Of a DNA stretch of 64,000 bases, positions 1-12,500 are shown piece by piece. The stretch spans positions 117,242,001-117,306,000 of the forward strand of contig OX638149.1 in NCBI GenBank assembly GCA_951804945.1, written 5' to 3'. This stretch comes from Podarcis cretensis (Eukaryota). The notes under the pieces were generated by a model, which saw only the letters and a program-made list of their open reading frames with translations, was not told the DNA's origin and did not search any database. Each line of letters starts with the position of its first letter. Positions within the stretch are counted from its first letter, which is position 1. Made by a program: the position numbers and the translations under genes.

Positions 1-2166
1 GCACATATGAATTCCGTGTTTTTGCAGAAAACAGTGCTGGCATAAGCAAGCCATCTCCGCCTTCTGATCCAATCAAAGCATCACGTCCTATGACACCTCC
101 TGGACCTCCCATTAATCCAAAACTCAAAGATAAGACCAGAGAAACAGCTGAGCTAGTATGGACTAAGCCACTCAAAGATGGTGGTAGCCCCATCCTGGGA
201 TATGTTGTGGAATGCCAGAAAAGCGGAACTACTCAGTGGAATAGAATTAACAAAGATGAACTCATCAGACAATGTGCCTTTACAGTACCTGGGTTAATTG
301 AAGGAAATGAATATAGATTCCGCATTAAAGCTGCTAATATTGTAGGAGAGGGAGAACCCAGAGAATTGCCAGAAACAGTTCTTGCCAAAGACATTCTCAT
401 GCCTCCAGAGGTAGAACTGGATGTGACCTGCCGAGATGTAATTACTGTCAGAGTAGGCCAAACAATAAGGATTATAGGCAAAGTGAGGGGCAGACCAGAT
501 CCTGAGATAACATGGTCTAGAGATGGCAAAAATATAACAAAAGATAAGCGTACTGACATAATTCATGAATTCCCTCATATAGAGCTGCAAATAAAACCTG
601 CTGTAAGAGCAGACCATGGAAAATACCTAATTACAGCTAAGAACAGCAGCGGACACGCCCAAGCATCAGCTATTGTTAATGTGCTTGATAGGCCAGGACC
701 TTGCCAGAACCTGAAAGTAACCTATGTCACCAAAGATTCTTGCATGGTCTCTTGGGAGAATCCTGAAGATAACGGTGGCTCAGAAATTACAAACTATATA
801 GTAGAGTATCGTCAACCAAACCAGAGAGGCTGGTCAATAGTTTCTTCTGATCTTACTAAGCGGATAGTGAAAGCACATCTCGTTGAAAATCATGAATACT
901 TCTTCCGTGTTTGTGCAGAAAACAAAGTAGGTCCAGGACCAGTTGTCGAGACCAAAACTCCAATCCTTGCTATTAACCCTATTGACAGGCCAGGTGAGCC
1001 TGAAAACCTTCACATTGCAGAAACAGGAAAGACATTTGTATATCTGAAATGGAGGAGACCAGACTACGATGGTGGCAGCCCCAACTTAACATACCACGTT
1101 GAAAGAAAACTGAAGGATTCGGATGAGTGGGAAAGAGTGCACAAAGGTAGCATTAAGGAAACACACTATATGGTTGACAAATGCGTTGAAAATAAGATTT
1201 ATCAGTTCAGAGTTCAGACAAAGAATGAAGGTGGTGAAAGTGACTGGGTGAAGACAAGTGAAGTTGTTGTTAAAGAAGAAATTCAGAAACCTGTACTTGA
1301 TCTGAAGCTGTCTGGAGTACTGACTGTGAAAGCTGGTGAACCAATAAAAATTGTAGCAGGACTTAGAGGCAAGCCCCAACCAGAAGTATCTTGGGCAAAG
1401 GATTCGGCCGATCTATCCCAATCTCCAAGGGCCAAAATTGAAACAACTTCAGACTCATCTAAGTTCCTTCTCTCCAAAGCAAGGCGCACAGATGGCGGTA
1501 AATACGTTATTACTGCCACTAATCCAGCTGGTAGCTTTGTAGCATATGCTACTGTAAATGTTTTGGACAAACCAGGACCTGTCAGAAATTTGAAGGTGGC
1601 TGATGTTTCAACTGACCGATGCACAGTCAGCTGGGATGTACCTGAAGATGATGGTGGTTGTGAAATACAGAACTACATCGTAGAGAAATGTGAAAGCAGA
1701 CGAATGGTTTGGACTACGTATTCCTCCTCTGTGCTAATGACCCATATACATGTAACACATCTCATTGAAGGCAATGAATATATATTCAGGGTCCGTGCAG
1801 AGAATAAAATGGGCACTGGTCCCCCAACAGAGACTAAGCCAATTATAGCAAAAACAAAGTATAATAGACCTGGTCGTCCAGATCCTCCAGAAGTCACAAA
1901 GGTCAGCAAAGAAGAGATGACTGTAGTTTGGAATCCACCAGAATATGATGGTGGTAAATCAATCACAGGATATATATTAGAGAAGAAAGAAAAAAGGTCA
2001 TTAAGGTGGGTTCCTGTTACCAAAAGTGCAATTCCAGAGAGACGCAAGAAAGTTACAAATCTCATTCCAGGATATGAATATCAGTTCCGTGTCAGGGCAG
2101 AAAATGAAATTGGAATTGGTGAACCAAGCTACCCATCAAAACCAACAATAGCAAAGGATCCAATAG
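1..2166 (+). CDS. TTN: TTN exon (~human 304), partial; A34(part)-A41
   Basis: Frame open from base 3 ([13 protein letters not shown]...); donor ATAG|gtac. Confidence 0.95.
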
Positions 2167-3510
2167 GTACTGGTCTTTCCAATACAGTATTTTTTTGTTA
2201 GTAATACTTCAATTTAAATTATCTTTCTCTGATTCACTGATATGCTTACTTCTGTACTTTTCTGTCATCTTACAGAACCACCTGGTCCTCCCATTAATCT
2301 TAAGGTTGTTGATAGCACGAAGACCTCTATTACTCTTGGATGGGGAAAGCCAGTCTATGATGGTGGTGCTCCTATTATTGGCTATGTGGTAGAAATGAGA
2401 CCCAAAACTGAAAAAGCAGGTCCTGAGGAAGGATGGAAAAGATGCAATGTTGCTACACAAGTTATTCATACAGAATTTACAGTGACAAGCTTGGAGGAGA
2501 AAGAACTATATGAGTTCCGGGTTTCTGCCCAAAATCAAGTAGGCATTGGCCGGCCAGCTGATTTGAAAGAAGCTGTTTCTCCCAAAGAAATTCTTGGTAA
2601 TTTTGCCAACAGGCCATTAAATTATTTGCTATCTTAAAAATTGCTTTCAAAATCTAAACTTTTAATGTTCCTTTTCAGAACCTCCTGAAATTGATTTGGA
2701 TGCAAGCCTGAGAAAGTTAGTCATAGTCAGAGCAGGATGCCCCATAAGACTTTTTGCCATTATTCGAGGGCGACCAGCACCTAAAGTTACCTGGAGGAAG
2801 GTGGGAATTGACAATGTGATCAGAAGAGGCCAGGTTGACCTGGTTGACACAATGGCCTTCTGCGTCATCCCTGATTCTACACGGGATGATTCAGGCAAAT
2901 ACACTTTGACAGTTGTTAACCCTGCTGGAGAAAAGGCAGTCTTTGTGAATGTCCGTGTCCTTGGTGAGTAATATCAATAATTTTAACATCTATTAATTGT
3001 TGTTCTGTGATTTATGAATGTGTTATTCATTGCAGTTTCTTTTCCATGGGACTCTGCCCACTTACTTTGAATAATTGTGGCCTAATATTGTTTGTTTATT
3101 GTTTCCTTTCCTCCAATAGATACTCCTGGACCTGTAGCAGAGCTTAGTGTCAAGGATGTCACAAAAACGTCCTGTCAGGTTTCATGGACTCCACCTGAAA
3201 ATGACGGTGGTAGTCCTGTCACACATTACATCGTGGAAAAACGTGAGGCTGAGAGAAAGACCTGGGCAAAACTTACCGATGATGTAAAGAAGACTAGTTT
3301 CAAGGTTTCTAACCTTATGCCAGGAACTGAGTATTTCTTCAGAGTCATTGCTGTCAATGAATATGGCCCTGGTGTTCCAAGGGACACACCCAAACCAATC
3401 CTGGCAACAGATCCGCTAAGTAAGTATTATTTCATTCAGGAGATTCAGATTTTGTATGATAGTTCAGATAGTCAAAATCAGTTGTCACTGCGCATAATAA
3501 ATAATAATAA

Positions 3511-3545
<35 letters not shown>

Positions 3546-6500
3546 ATTCATTATTTATACCCTGCCCATCTGGCTGGGTTGCCCCGGCCACTCTGGGCAG
3601 CTTCCAACAAATACAAAAACACAATAAAACATCAAACACTAAAAAATTCCTGATACAACACTGCCTTCAGGTGCCTTTAATTTCAGGTTGGGGGAACTCA
3701 GGCATTAACACTCAGAAATATCCCTGTGGCTTGGGGGTATTTTGAGGTGAGTGCTTTGACAATGTGTCTTGAGGTACATATTCGACTCACAAACCCAGGG
3801 CTCACCTGACAAGGAAGGAAATTTATCCCAATCCTTGACTGGGGAGCAACAGAATGTAGACAGACACATGCCCAAGGAACAAGAGGAATGCTTTCCTCAT
3901 ATTTATGAGATAACCTCACCTCCCTGCACTTATTTAATTGACTTGTTGTTTGACAGGTCTTCTGTTTGCTATATTTCAAAGAATATAACCTGTCCACAAA
4001 TACATTGCCAGCTGAGTCTTCTTCCAGGGTGTGGAGGCAATGTGTGGATCACAAAAACAATCAAACCAGAATAGAAGTACCATATTGGCCTGAATATAAG
4101 CCTCACTTTTTGTCCCAAATTCTGACTGCGAAAAGTTAAAGTGCGGCTTAAATTTGCGACCTTACAAAAATTGGCTTTTACGATATCGCTGCTAAAGCAG
4201 ATATACGGTAAAAAGGAAAGGGTGTGAGTGCCTGTGGAATTTTAAGGGAGCAGCTTATATTCGGGTATTCTTTTTCTCTTTCCCCCTTGAATTTAAAAGG
4301 TGCGGCTTATATTCAGGCCAATACGGTACTACAAAGTTCAGAGAAACCACTGGTCTCATGACTTATGTATTCAAATGCAAAATAAAATTGTACAATATAT
4401 TCCGTGTCCCCCCCCCACTAATAAATCATGTGAAGATGTAATGATCTTAGAAATTATGTAAACTAAGCATTTGCCTACCTGTTTTATTTTTAAGGTGAAC
4501 CTGACCCTCCGAGGAAACTTGAAGTGACTGAAATCACAAAGAACAGTGCTACTTTAGGGTGGCTGCCACCGTTGCGTGACGGTGGTTCCAAAATTGATGG
4601 CTACATCATTGCATATCAAGAAGAGGGTCATGCTGAGGATCACTGGACACAGTACTCTGTTGTCAAAGATCTTCATATTGTTGTTGCTGGCCTAAAGGAG
4701 GGAAAGAAATACAAATTTAGAGTGGCTGCAAGGAATGCTGTAGGAGTAAGCCAGCCAAAACAAACCGAAGGCATCTATGAAGTTAAAGAGCAACTGAGTA
4801 AGTAGCTAACTATGACCACTTGTACAATTGAAATATATTTTAAATTCAATTATTTCGATTTTGTATCTAAATTTGGATGTCACCTCTTAAAGATATTTAA
4901 AATTAGGTCCTGTCACATAATCTGATGTCTTTAGTGACATTCCTTTTTTAATGGGTTTATTGGGGAGGGGGGGTTCCAAAACAGCAACATACAAACAAGA
5001 CATTCAAAGGGGCTTATAAAAAAACTTCACAAATAGGCTCATTGGCTCTGTGACCTTCTAGAGCAAAGTATTAGGTGTTAATTCTGGCCTGAAGAGTACT
5101 GAATGTGGGTCCCAGGCCCAGAAGGCAGTTTCTTAATAGTTCGCTTCATTTATGCAGAACCGCAGCAGCTGGGAGGAAAGAAAAGAAAGGGGCGAGCATG
5201 GGCTTCCCTGACCTTAAATGCCCCGTATTCGCCCCGCCCCCGCCACCAGCCGATTGGCTGACCGATGCATAATGCATAGTAATGATCCTGGGATTCCCTT
5301 GATCCCGTGAGGCTGCAGCCAGCCCCGCGAGAGTGTGAATGGGGCGTGAGACCGCAACCCCCCCCCCCCTCCTGATGTCGGGAGTGGCATTCCAAAACAG
5401 CAACATACAAACAAGACATTCAAAGGGGTTTATAAAAAAACTTCACAAATAGGCTCATTGGCTCTGTGACCTTCTAGAGCAAAGTATTAGGTGTTAATTC
5501 TGGCCTGAAGAGTACTGAATGTGGGTCCCAGGCCCAGAAGGCAGTTTCTTAATAGTTCGCTTCATTTATGCAGAAGTTTACCTTAAAAATTTGTGCACCT
5601 CCCCATTATAAGATGTTGTGAAGCTTTCTGCATCCGAAGAATAGGACAGCTATACAGTTAATTAAATAAAATAGCACACTGCTCAGACCTTAGAATAAAC
5701 CTACAAAAGAAGCTAGGAGGAAATGAATCAGGGATATTGTATTTCAAGGATATTAGGGGGAATACAAGTTATCGGGGCTAGTTCCTTGGTGACTATTTGA
5801 AAACAAACAGTTTTGGGTTGGTTTGGGTAGGTAATATCAGACCTTTTGCCTTACTCCTGAAGAATATAGATCAGAAGTGGCTAGTCTGTGGCCTAGCCAC
5901 ACCTCCAGACACTGTTGGACTGCAACTCTCATTTGCTGCAGCCAGCATGGCCAGTGGCTATGGGTGTTGGAAGTTGCGGTCCAGCAACATTTGGAGAGTT
6001 GCAGGCTACCCCCAGACAAGAGCATGAAAGCTGTCAAGAGACTGACATTTGTTTTCGGGGGGGAAATGCATGGTAGTTTCAAGTAAGAATGATATCAGCT
6101 AAAGATTGTGAGAACTAATTCAAAATACATACACATAAGTTATTAATTTTTGTGTGTGACCTACGTGTCTGTTTCCTATCGTTTGATTTTTAATTTCAGT
6201 GCCGCCTAAGATTCTGATGCCGGATCATGTCAATATAAAGGCTGGGCAGAAACTCAGGATTGAAGCACATGTTTATGGGAAACCCCACCCGACTTGTAAA
6301 TGGATGAAAGGAGACAAAGATGTGGCAATATCCAGCCGCCTGGCTGTGCATAAAGCAGACAGCACTTCAGTTCTCATCATTAAAGATGTCATTAGGAAAG
6401 ACAGTGATTATTACAGTCTAACAGCGGAAAACAGCTCGGGAGTAGCTACTCAGAAAATCAAAGTGGTCGTCATGGGTACATTGAATCTTCTCTTCCATGC

Positions 6501-9500
6501 TTACTTCTCAACATTCATAACATGATTCATCAATGAGCATGACCTTATTTATACCTGTATGTTTATCTCTTTCTGTAGATGTCCCTGGTCCACCACAGCC
6601 ACCGTTCGAAATTTCTGACATAGATGCTGATGCTTGCTCTTTGTCATGGCATACTCCTCTTGAAGACGGTGGTAGCAACATCACCAACTACGTGGTTGAG
6701 AAGTGTGATACCAGTCGAGGAGACTGGATAACAGTGGTAGCTTCTGTTACAAAGACGAATTGCAGAGTTGGAAAACTCACCCCTGGAGAAGAATACATGT
6801 TCCGTGTTCGTGCTGAAAACCGATTTGGAATTTCTGAACCGCTTCCGTCCGATAAGATGATTGCAAGGTTTCCATTTGGTATGTCCACCTCAGACAGTGG
6901 TGCAGTCTTTATTAGAATACTTCTAAGGGTGAATTTTTTTTAAAAAACAACTCATCTCTTTCTCTACAGATGTTCCTAGTGAACCAAAGAACGCACGTGT
7001 TACCAAGGTGAACAAGGACTGCGTTTTTGTGGCATGGGACAGGCCAGACAGCGATGGAGGCAGCCCAATAACTGGTTATCTCATTGAACGTAAAGAAAGG
7101 AACAGTTTGCTTTGGGTGAAGGCCAATGATACACTTGTGCGATCCACAGAATACCCATGTGCAAATTTAATTGAAGGCCTTGAGTACACATTTAGAATCT
7201 ATGCTCTGAATAAAGCTGGTGCAAGCAAGCCTAGCAAACCAACAGATTTTATTACAGCAAGAACACCAGTTGGTAAGCAAAACATTTGCATACATTGCAT
7301 TATGTATAACTATTATTGTTAATACTGAGCCGACTTAAGTACCGTAACATTAGGAGAATATGGCCAAAGCTAAACTTTCTTAAACTGCACTGATTTCAAC
7401 AAGTAAGGTAAGCATTTGCTTATTGAATTCCAATGGAAAGCCTTGATTTTGGCTAAATTGTGCCCAAAGTTTAATTTCTCTGGATTTAAAAAGAAAGGAA
7501 GAAATATACCATGTTTGTTCAGTGATATGCATCCTTTGTGTTGTGACATTTTCTATCAAATGCCGTAGAATAAACCTGACCTCATTTGTTTTTAGATCCC
7601 CCTGGCAAACCCGAGGTTATTGATGTCACTAAGAGTACTGTGTCTCTTGTCTGGGCAAGACCAAAACATGATGGTGGTAGCAAGATACTTGGCTACTTTG
7701 TTGAATCCTGTAAACTGCCTGGAGAAAGATGGGTACGATGCAATACCACTCCCCATCAAATACCCCTGGAAGAGTACACTGCAACTGGTCTGGAAGAAGG
7801 TGCACAGTATCAATTTAGAGCCATAGCAAAAACAGCAGTGAACATTAGCTGGCCTTCTGAACCTTCTGATCCAATAACCGTTCAGTCAGAAAATGGTAAG
7901 GAACGCATTTGAGTACCATTAGAATTGAGCCATACTTTTATCCTTCTCATGGTTATGTGCTCATTGGAATGTGTTTCCCCCCCCTCCCCTTCTACATTTT
8001 TTTTTTACACTGCAGTACCACCAAAAATAGAACTCGGTGTAGCTATGAAATCCTTGCTTGTAGTAAAAGCTGGAACCAATGTTTGTCTTGAGGCTAATGT
8101 GTTCGGCAAGCCTATGCCAACTATTAGTTGGAAGAAAGAAGGGGAGATCCTGAAACCAGTTGAAGGAGTCAAGATAACCACCAAGAGAAATTTATCTACT
8201 GTGGAGCTCTTCAGCGTAAATAGAAAGCAAACAGGAGATTATACTATCACAGCTGAAAATGCAAGTGGTTCCAAATCAGCAACTATTAAACTTAAAGTAC
8301 TAGGTAGGCTAAAAGTTCATTTGAATCAGTGTATTTAATAAACTTCAGGAAATGTAGCAGTTGGAAGACTTCACTCACCGCCTAATTTTTCTTTCCCAGA
8401 CAAGCCTGGTCCTCCAGCTTCAGTTAAGATTGTAAACATGTACACAGACCGAGCAATGCTTTCTTGGGAACCTCCTCTTGAAGATGGAGGCTCAGACATT
8501 ACTAATTACATTGTCGACAAACGGGAAACAAGCAGACCCAACTGGGCTCAAGTCACCGCCAATGTCCCCATCACTAGCTGCAGCGTTGAGAAACTAATTG
8601 AAGGACATGAGTACCAATTCCGCATTTGTGCTGAAAACAAATATGGAGTAGGTGACCCCATTTTGACTGACTCAGCAGTGGCTAAGAATCCATATGGTAA
8701 GCTTCTCTCACTGGATTTTTCTACCCATTTAGTGTCAATCTATGTTTTAACATTTGCTTAAGAACATTTCAAATTATTATTTATAGATGTGCCTGGACCA
8801 TGTGAACCACCTATAATTAGTAACATAACAAAAGATTTCATGTCGGTAAGCTGGAAAGCACCTGCTGATGATGGCGGCTCCCCTGTAACTGGATATATTG
8901 TTGAAAAACGTGAAACAAGGGCAGTTAACTGGACAAAAGTGAATAGAAAGCCTGTCATTGAAAGAACCATAAAGGCCACTGGACTCCAGGAAGGAACAGA
9001 ATATGAGTATAGGGTAACTGCACTGAATAAAGCTGGACCCGGCAAACCTAGCGGAGTATCTAAAGCAGTATATGCACGTGATCCTCAGTGTAAGTTGAAC
9101 ACATGCACATTTTTCAGTCTTCTGTGACTTTGTGAGTGTGTGCAAATGGGTTTGCCAGATCATAATTGTGTGATTTCTTGGTGCTTTCCTTCTCAGATCC
9201 TCCTGGCCCACCAGCATTCCCAAAAGTGATTGACACCACCCGTAGCTCTATAACCCTGTCTTGGACCAAACCAGCATATGATGGTGGAAGCCCTATTATT
9301 GGCTACCTTGTTGAAGTAAAACGAGCAGATACAGATAACTGGGTCCGGTGCAATTTGCCAAGGAATTTGCCAGATACCCGTTACGTTGTGACTGGACTCA
9401 CGGAGAACACAGAATACCAGTTCCGCATTTATGCTGTCAATAAGATTGGATATAGTGACCCAAGTGATGTGCCAGACAAGCACCTTGCCAAGGACATTTT

Positions 9501-12500
9501 AAGTAAGTTGTCCTGAAAAGAAACTGACTTGTTGACTTTCATGCATATTGTGGGTATCGGTATAAAAGGTTTAGTGGAGGGCCTATGAGAAACTAGGGGC
9601 TCTGTGCTGAACTGTTTCATGAACTCATATATGTCTAGTCTTTAAACCACTATTCCCTCAGTTGTTAAAAATCACACAATCTAGCCACATGCTCCTCATT
9701 CTGCTCTGATTCTAAAATTTTCTTGAGAATGGATTCCTCAGCTTTTCTTTCCAGCTGCACTATCATTGTTGTACATTTTCCTCTACCCAGAAACACACTT
9801 GCTCCTTCTCTGTCTTGTGTGAAAGAAAACAATGTTCTCCTTCTGAATAATAATGCAAAGGTATCATGTTTTGAGTGCAAGGCAAGCACACTTTCCCAAT
9901 GGGAAGCTCCTAGATAGTTGTAGAAAAGTAGGGACCGCAACTTGACTGAAAGTGTAGAGTGGATTCTTCTCAAAACAAAGGGAGAGAAGAATATGAGAAA
10001 CCACTGGTGTCTGGCTGGGTGGCATGAAAACTGGCAATTAGGGAAGGAAGGCTAGAGTAACATTTAGAGAGATTTCCTCTCTTTTACTCATCCACTTGCT
10101 TTTTCTAAAAAAGAAAAAAGAAAGCCTGAGCTTTATTCCCCCTAACATTGTATTTTTGTATTTTTTCTCTTTCCTTTCCATTCCCATCCTGCCTCAGCCA
10201 CTGACACTGATTTTTTAAATTATATTTTAAATTGCTATCATCAGCAATTTATTTGACATCTACTTTTATTTACAATGCAGTTCCCCCTGAGGGAGAGCTT
10301 GATGCTGAATTGAGGAAAGTTCTGGTATTACGTGCTGGAGTCACAATGAGGATTTATGTGCCAGTGAGAGGCCGTCCACCTCCCAAGATTTCTTGGTCTA
10401 AAGTGGATGCCAACATAAGAGACAGGCAAGGACTAGATATCAAATCAACTGACTTTGACACTTTCCTGCGCTGTGAAAATGTAAACAAATACGATTCTGG
10501 AAAATATGTCCTGAGTCTGGAGAACGTCTGTGGCAAAAAAGCATACACAATGGTTGTCAAAGTACTTGGTAAGTGCTACGTGATTGCCTATTATGGTCTT
10601 AACTATCCATACACGTTTTATTTTATATATTTTAGTCATTAACTGGAATGGTTTATTTGCATCTGTACAGATACTCCTGGGCCACCTATTAATCTGATTG
10701 TAAAAGAAGCATCTAAAGATTCTGCCTTTATTTCATGGGAACCTCCTATAATTGATGGCGGGAGTCCAGTGAAGAACTATGTGGTTGAAAAACGTGATGC
10801 AGAGAGAAAGTCGTGGTCTACAGTAGCCACAGAGTGTCCGAAAACAAGCTTCAGGGTCTCTAACTTGGAGGAAGGCAAATCTTACTTCTTCAGGGTCTTT
10901 GCTGAAAATGAATATGGCATTGGCGACCCCTGTGAAACTCGTGATGCAGTTAAAGCTTCTGGTGAGAATATTCACATGATTACCCTATCAGGCTATTGTT
11001 AAAAGGCTCTTGTGCATCTAACTTTATATTAGCAATTTGTTCATCATTATATTCTTTTCTCCCTGCTAGAAACACCTGGACCTGTTGTAGACTTAAAGGC
11101 TCTGGCTGTGACAAAGTCATCCTGCAATGTATCGTGGAAAAAGCCCATTAGCGATGGTGGAAGCCGCATTAATGCATATATCGTTGAACTTATGACTGGT
11201 GAAAATCAGTGGCAGGAAGTTATGAGGTCAAAGAATCTCCAGTATTCAACAAGAGACTTAACAGAAGGCAAAGAATATACCTTCAGAGTGAGAGCACAAA
11301 ATGAAGCTGGGTATGGAACACCTAATGAAATTACAGTGCTGGCAAGGGACGATATAGGTGAGTAGATTCATACATTTTCTCGTTCACAGAGCACACTGCA
11401 TACGTCAGTATAGTGAACGATAGAACTACCCCATGAGATAGCCATGCCAGTCTAATAAAGCAAAAATAGCAGAGGTGTCACAAAATCTTTCGTTCTTTTA
11501 CAGAACAGAAGTTACTGAAATGAAGCAACTGTATTCACTGCACTGAACATACAATAATAACAATACTATAATAATAATTTATTATTTATACCCCACCCAT
11601 CTGGCTGGGTACCCCCAGCCACTCTGGGCGGCTTCCAACAAAACACTAAAATACAATAGCCTATTAAACATTAAAAGCTTCCCTAAACAGGGCTGCCTTC
11701 AGATGTCTTCCAAATGTTTGGTAGTTATTTTTCTCTTTGACATCTGGTGGGAGGGCGTTCCACAGGGCGGGCACCACTACCGAGAAGGCCCTCTGCCTGG
11801 TTCCCTGTAACTTGGCTTCTCGCAGCAAGGGAACCTCCAGAAGGCCCTTGGCGCTGGACCTCAGTGTCCGGGCTGAACGATGGAGGTGGAGACACTCCTT
11901 CAGGTATACTGGACCGAGGCCATTTAGGGCTTTAAAGGTCAGCACCAACACTTTGAATTGTGCTCGGAAATGTACATACAATCATTCAATACCTTTTTGT
12001 CTTCCAGTGGCACCTGATCTTGATTTAAAAGACCTGCCAGGCTTGTGCTATTTAGCTAGAGAAGGAAGCAGTTTCCGCCTGAAAATCCCTATTAAAGGCA
12101 AACCAGCACCAACGGTGACATGGAAAAAAGGGGAAGACCTGGCTCTTACTGAGTCAGGAAGAGTTGCATTTGAAGCTACAGCAGTTAACACCTCACTCCT
12201 TGTACGTGATTGTCATAAAGATGATGCTGGGAAATATACAATCAAACTGAAGAACATTGCTGGCAGTAAAGAAGCGACTATTTCTGTGAAGGTTGTTGGC
12301 AAACCTGGAATCCCAACAGGACCTGTGAAATTTGATGAAGTCACAGCTGATGCCATGACATTAAAATGGGCTCCTCCCAAAGATGATGGTGGTTCAGAAA
12401 TCACTAACTACATTATTGAGAAGAGAGACAATGTGAATAATAAATGGGTCACATGTGTGTCTGCTGTGCAGAAAACTACCTTCAGAGTTACAAGACTTCA

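Noticed and set aside
3698-4074. Two ~100-aa intronic ORFs
   Set aside because: No domain signature or splice context.
5146-5423. Three overlapping minus-strand ORFs across the GC-rich insert
   Set aside because: Expected from high GC content; no homology recognisable.
4974-5575. LTR retroelement (TRIM) interpretation of the direct repeats
   Set aside because: Repeats lack TG...CA termini, and no PBS or flanking TSD is evident; not fully excluded without a copy-number search.
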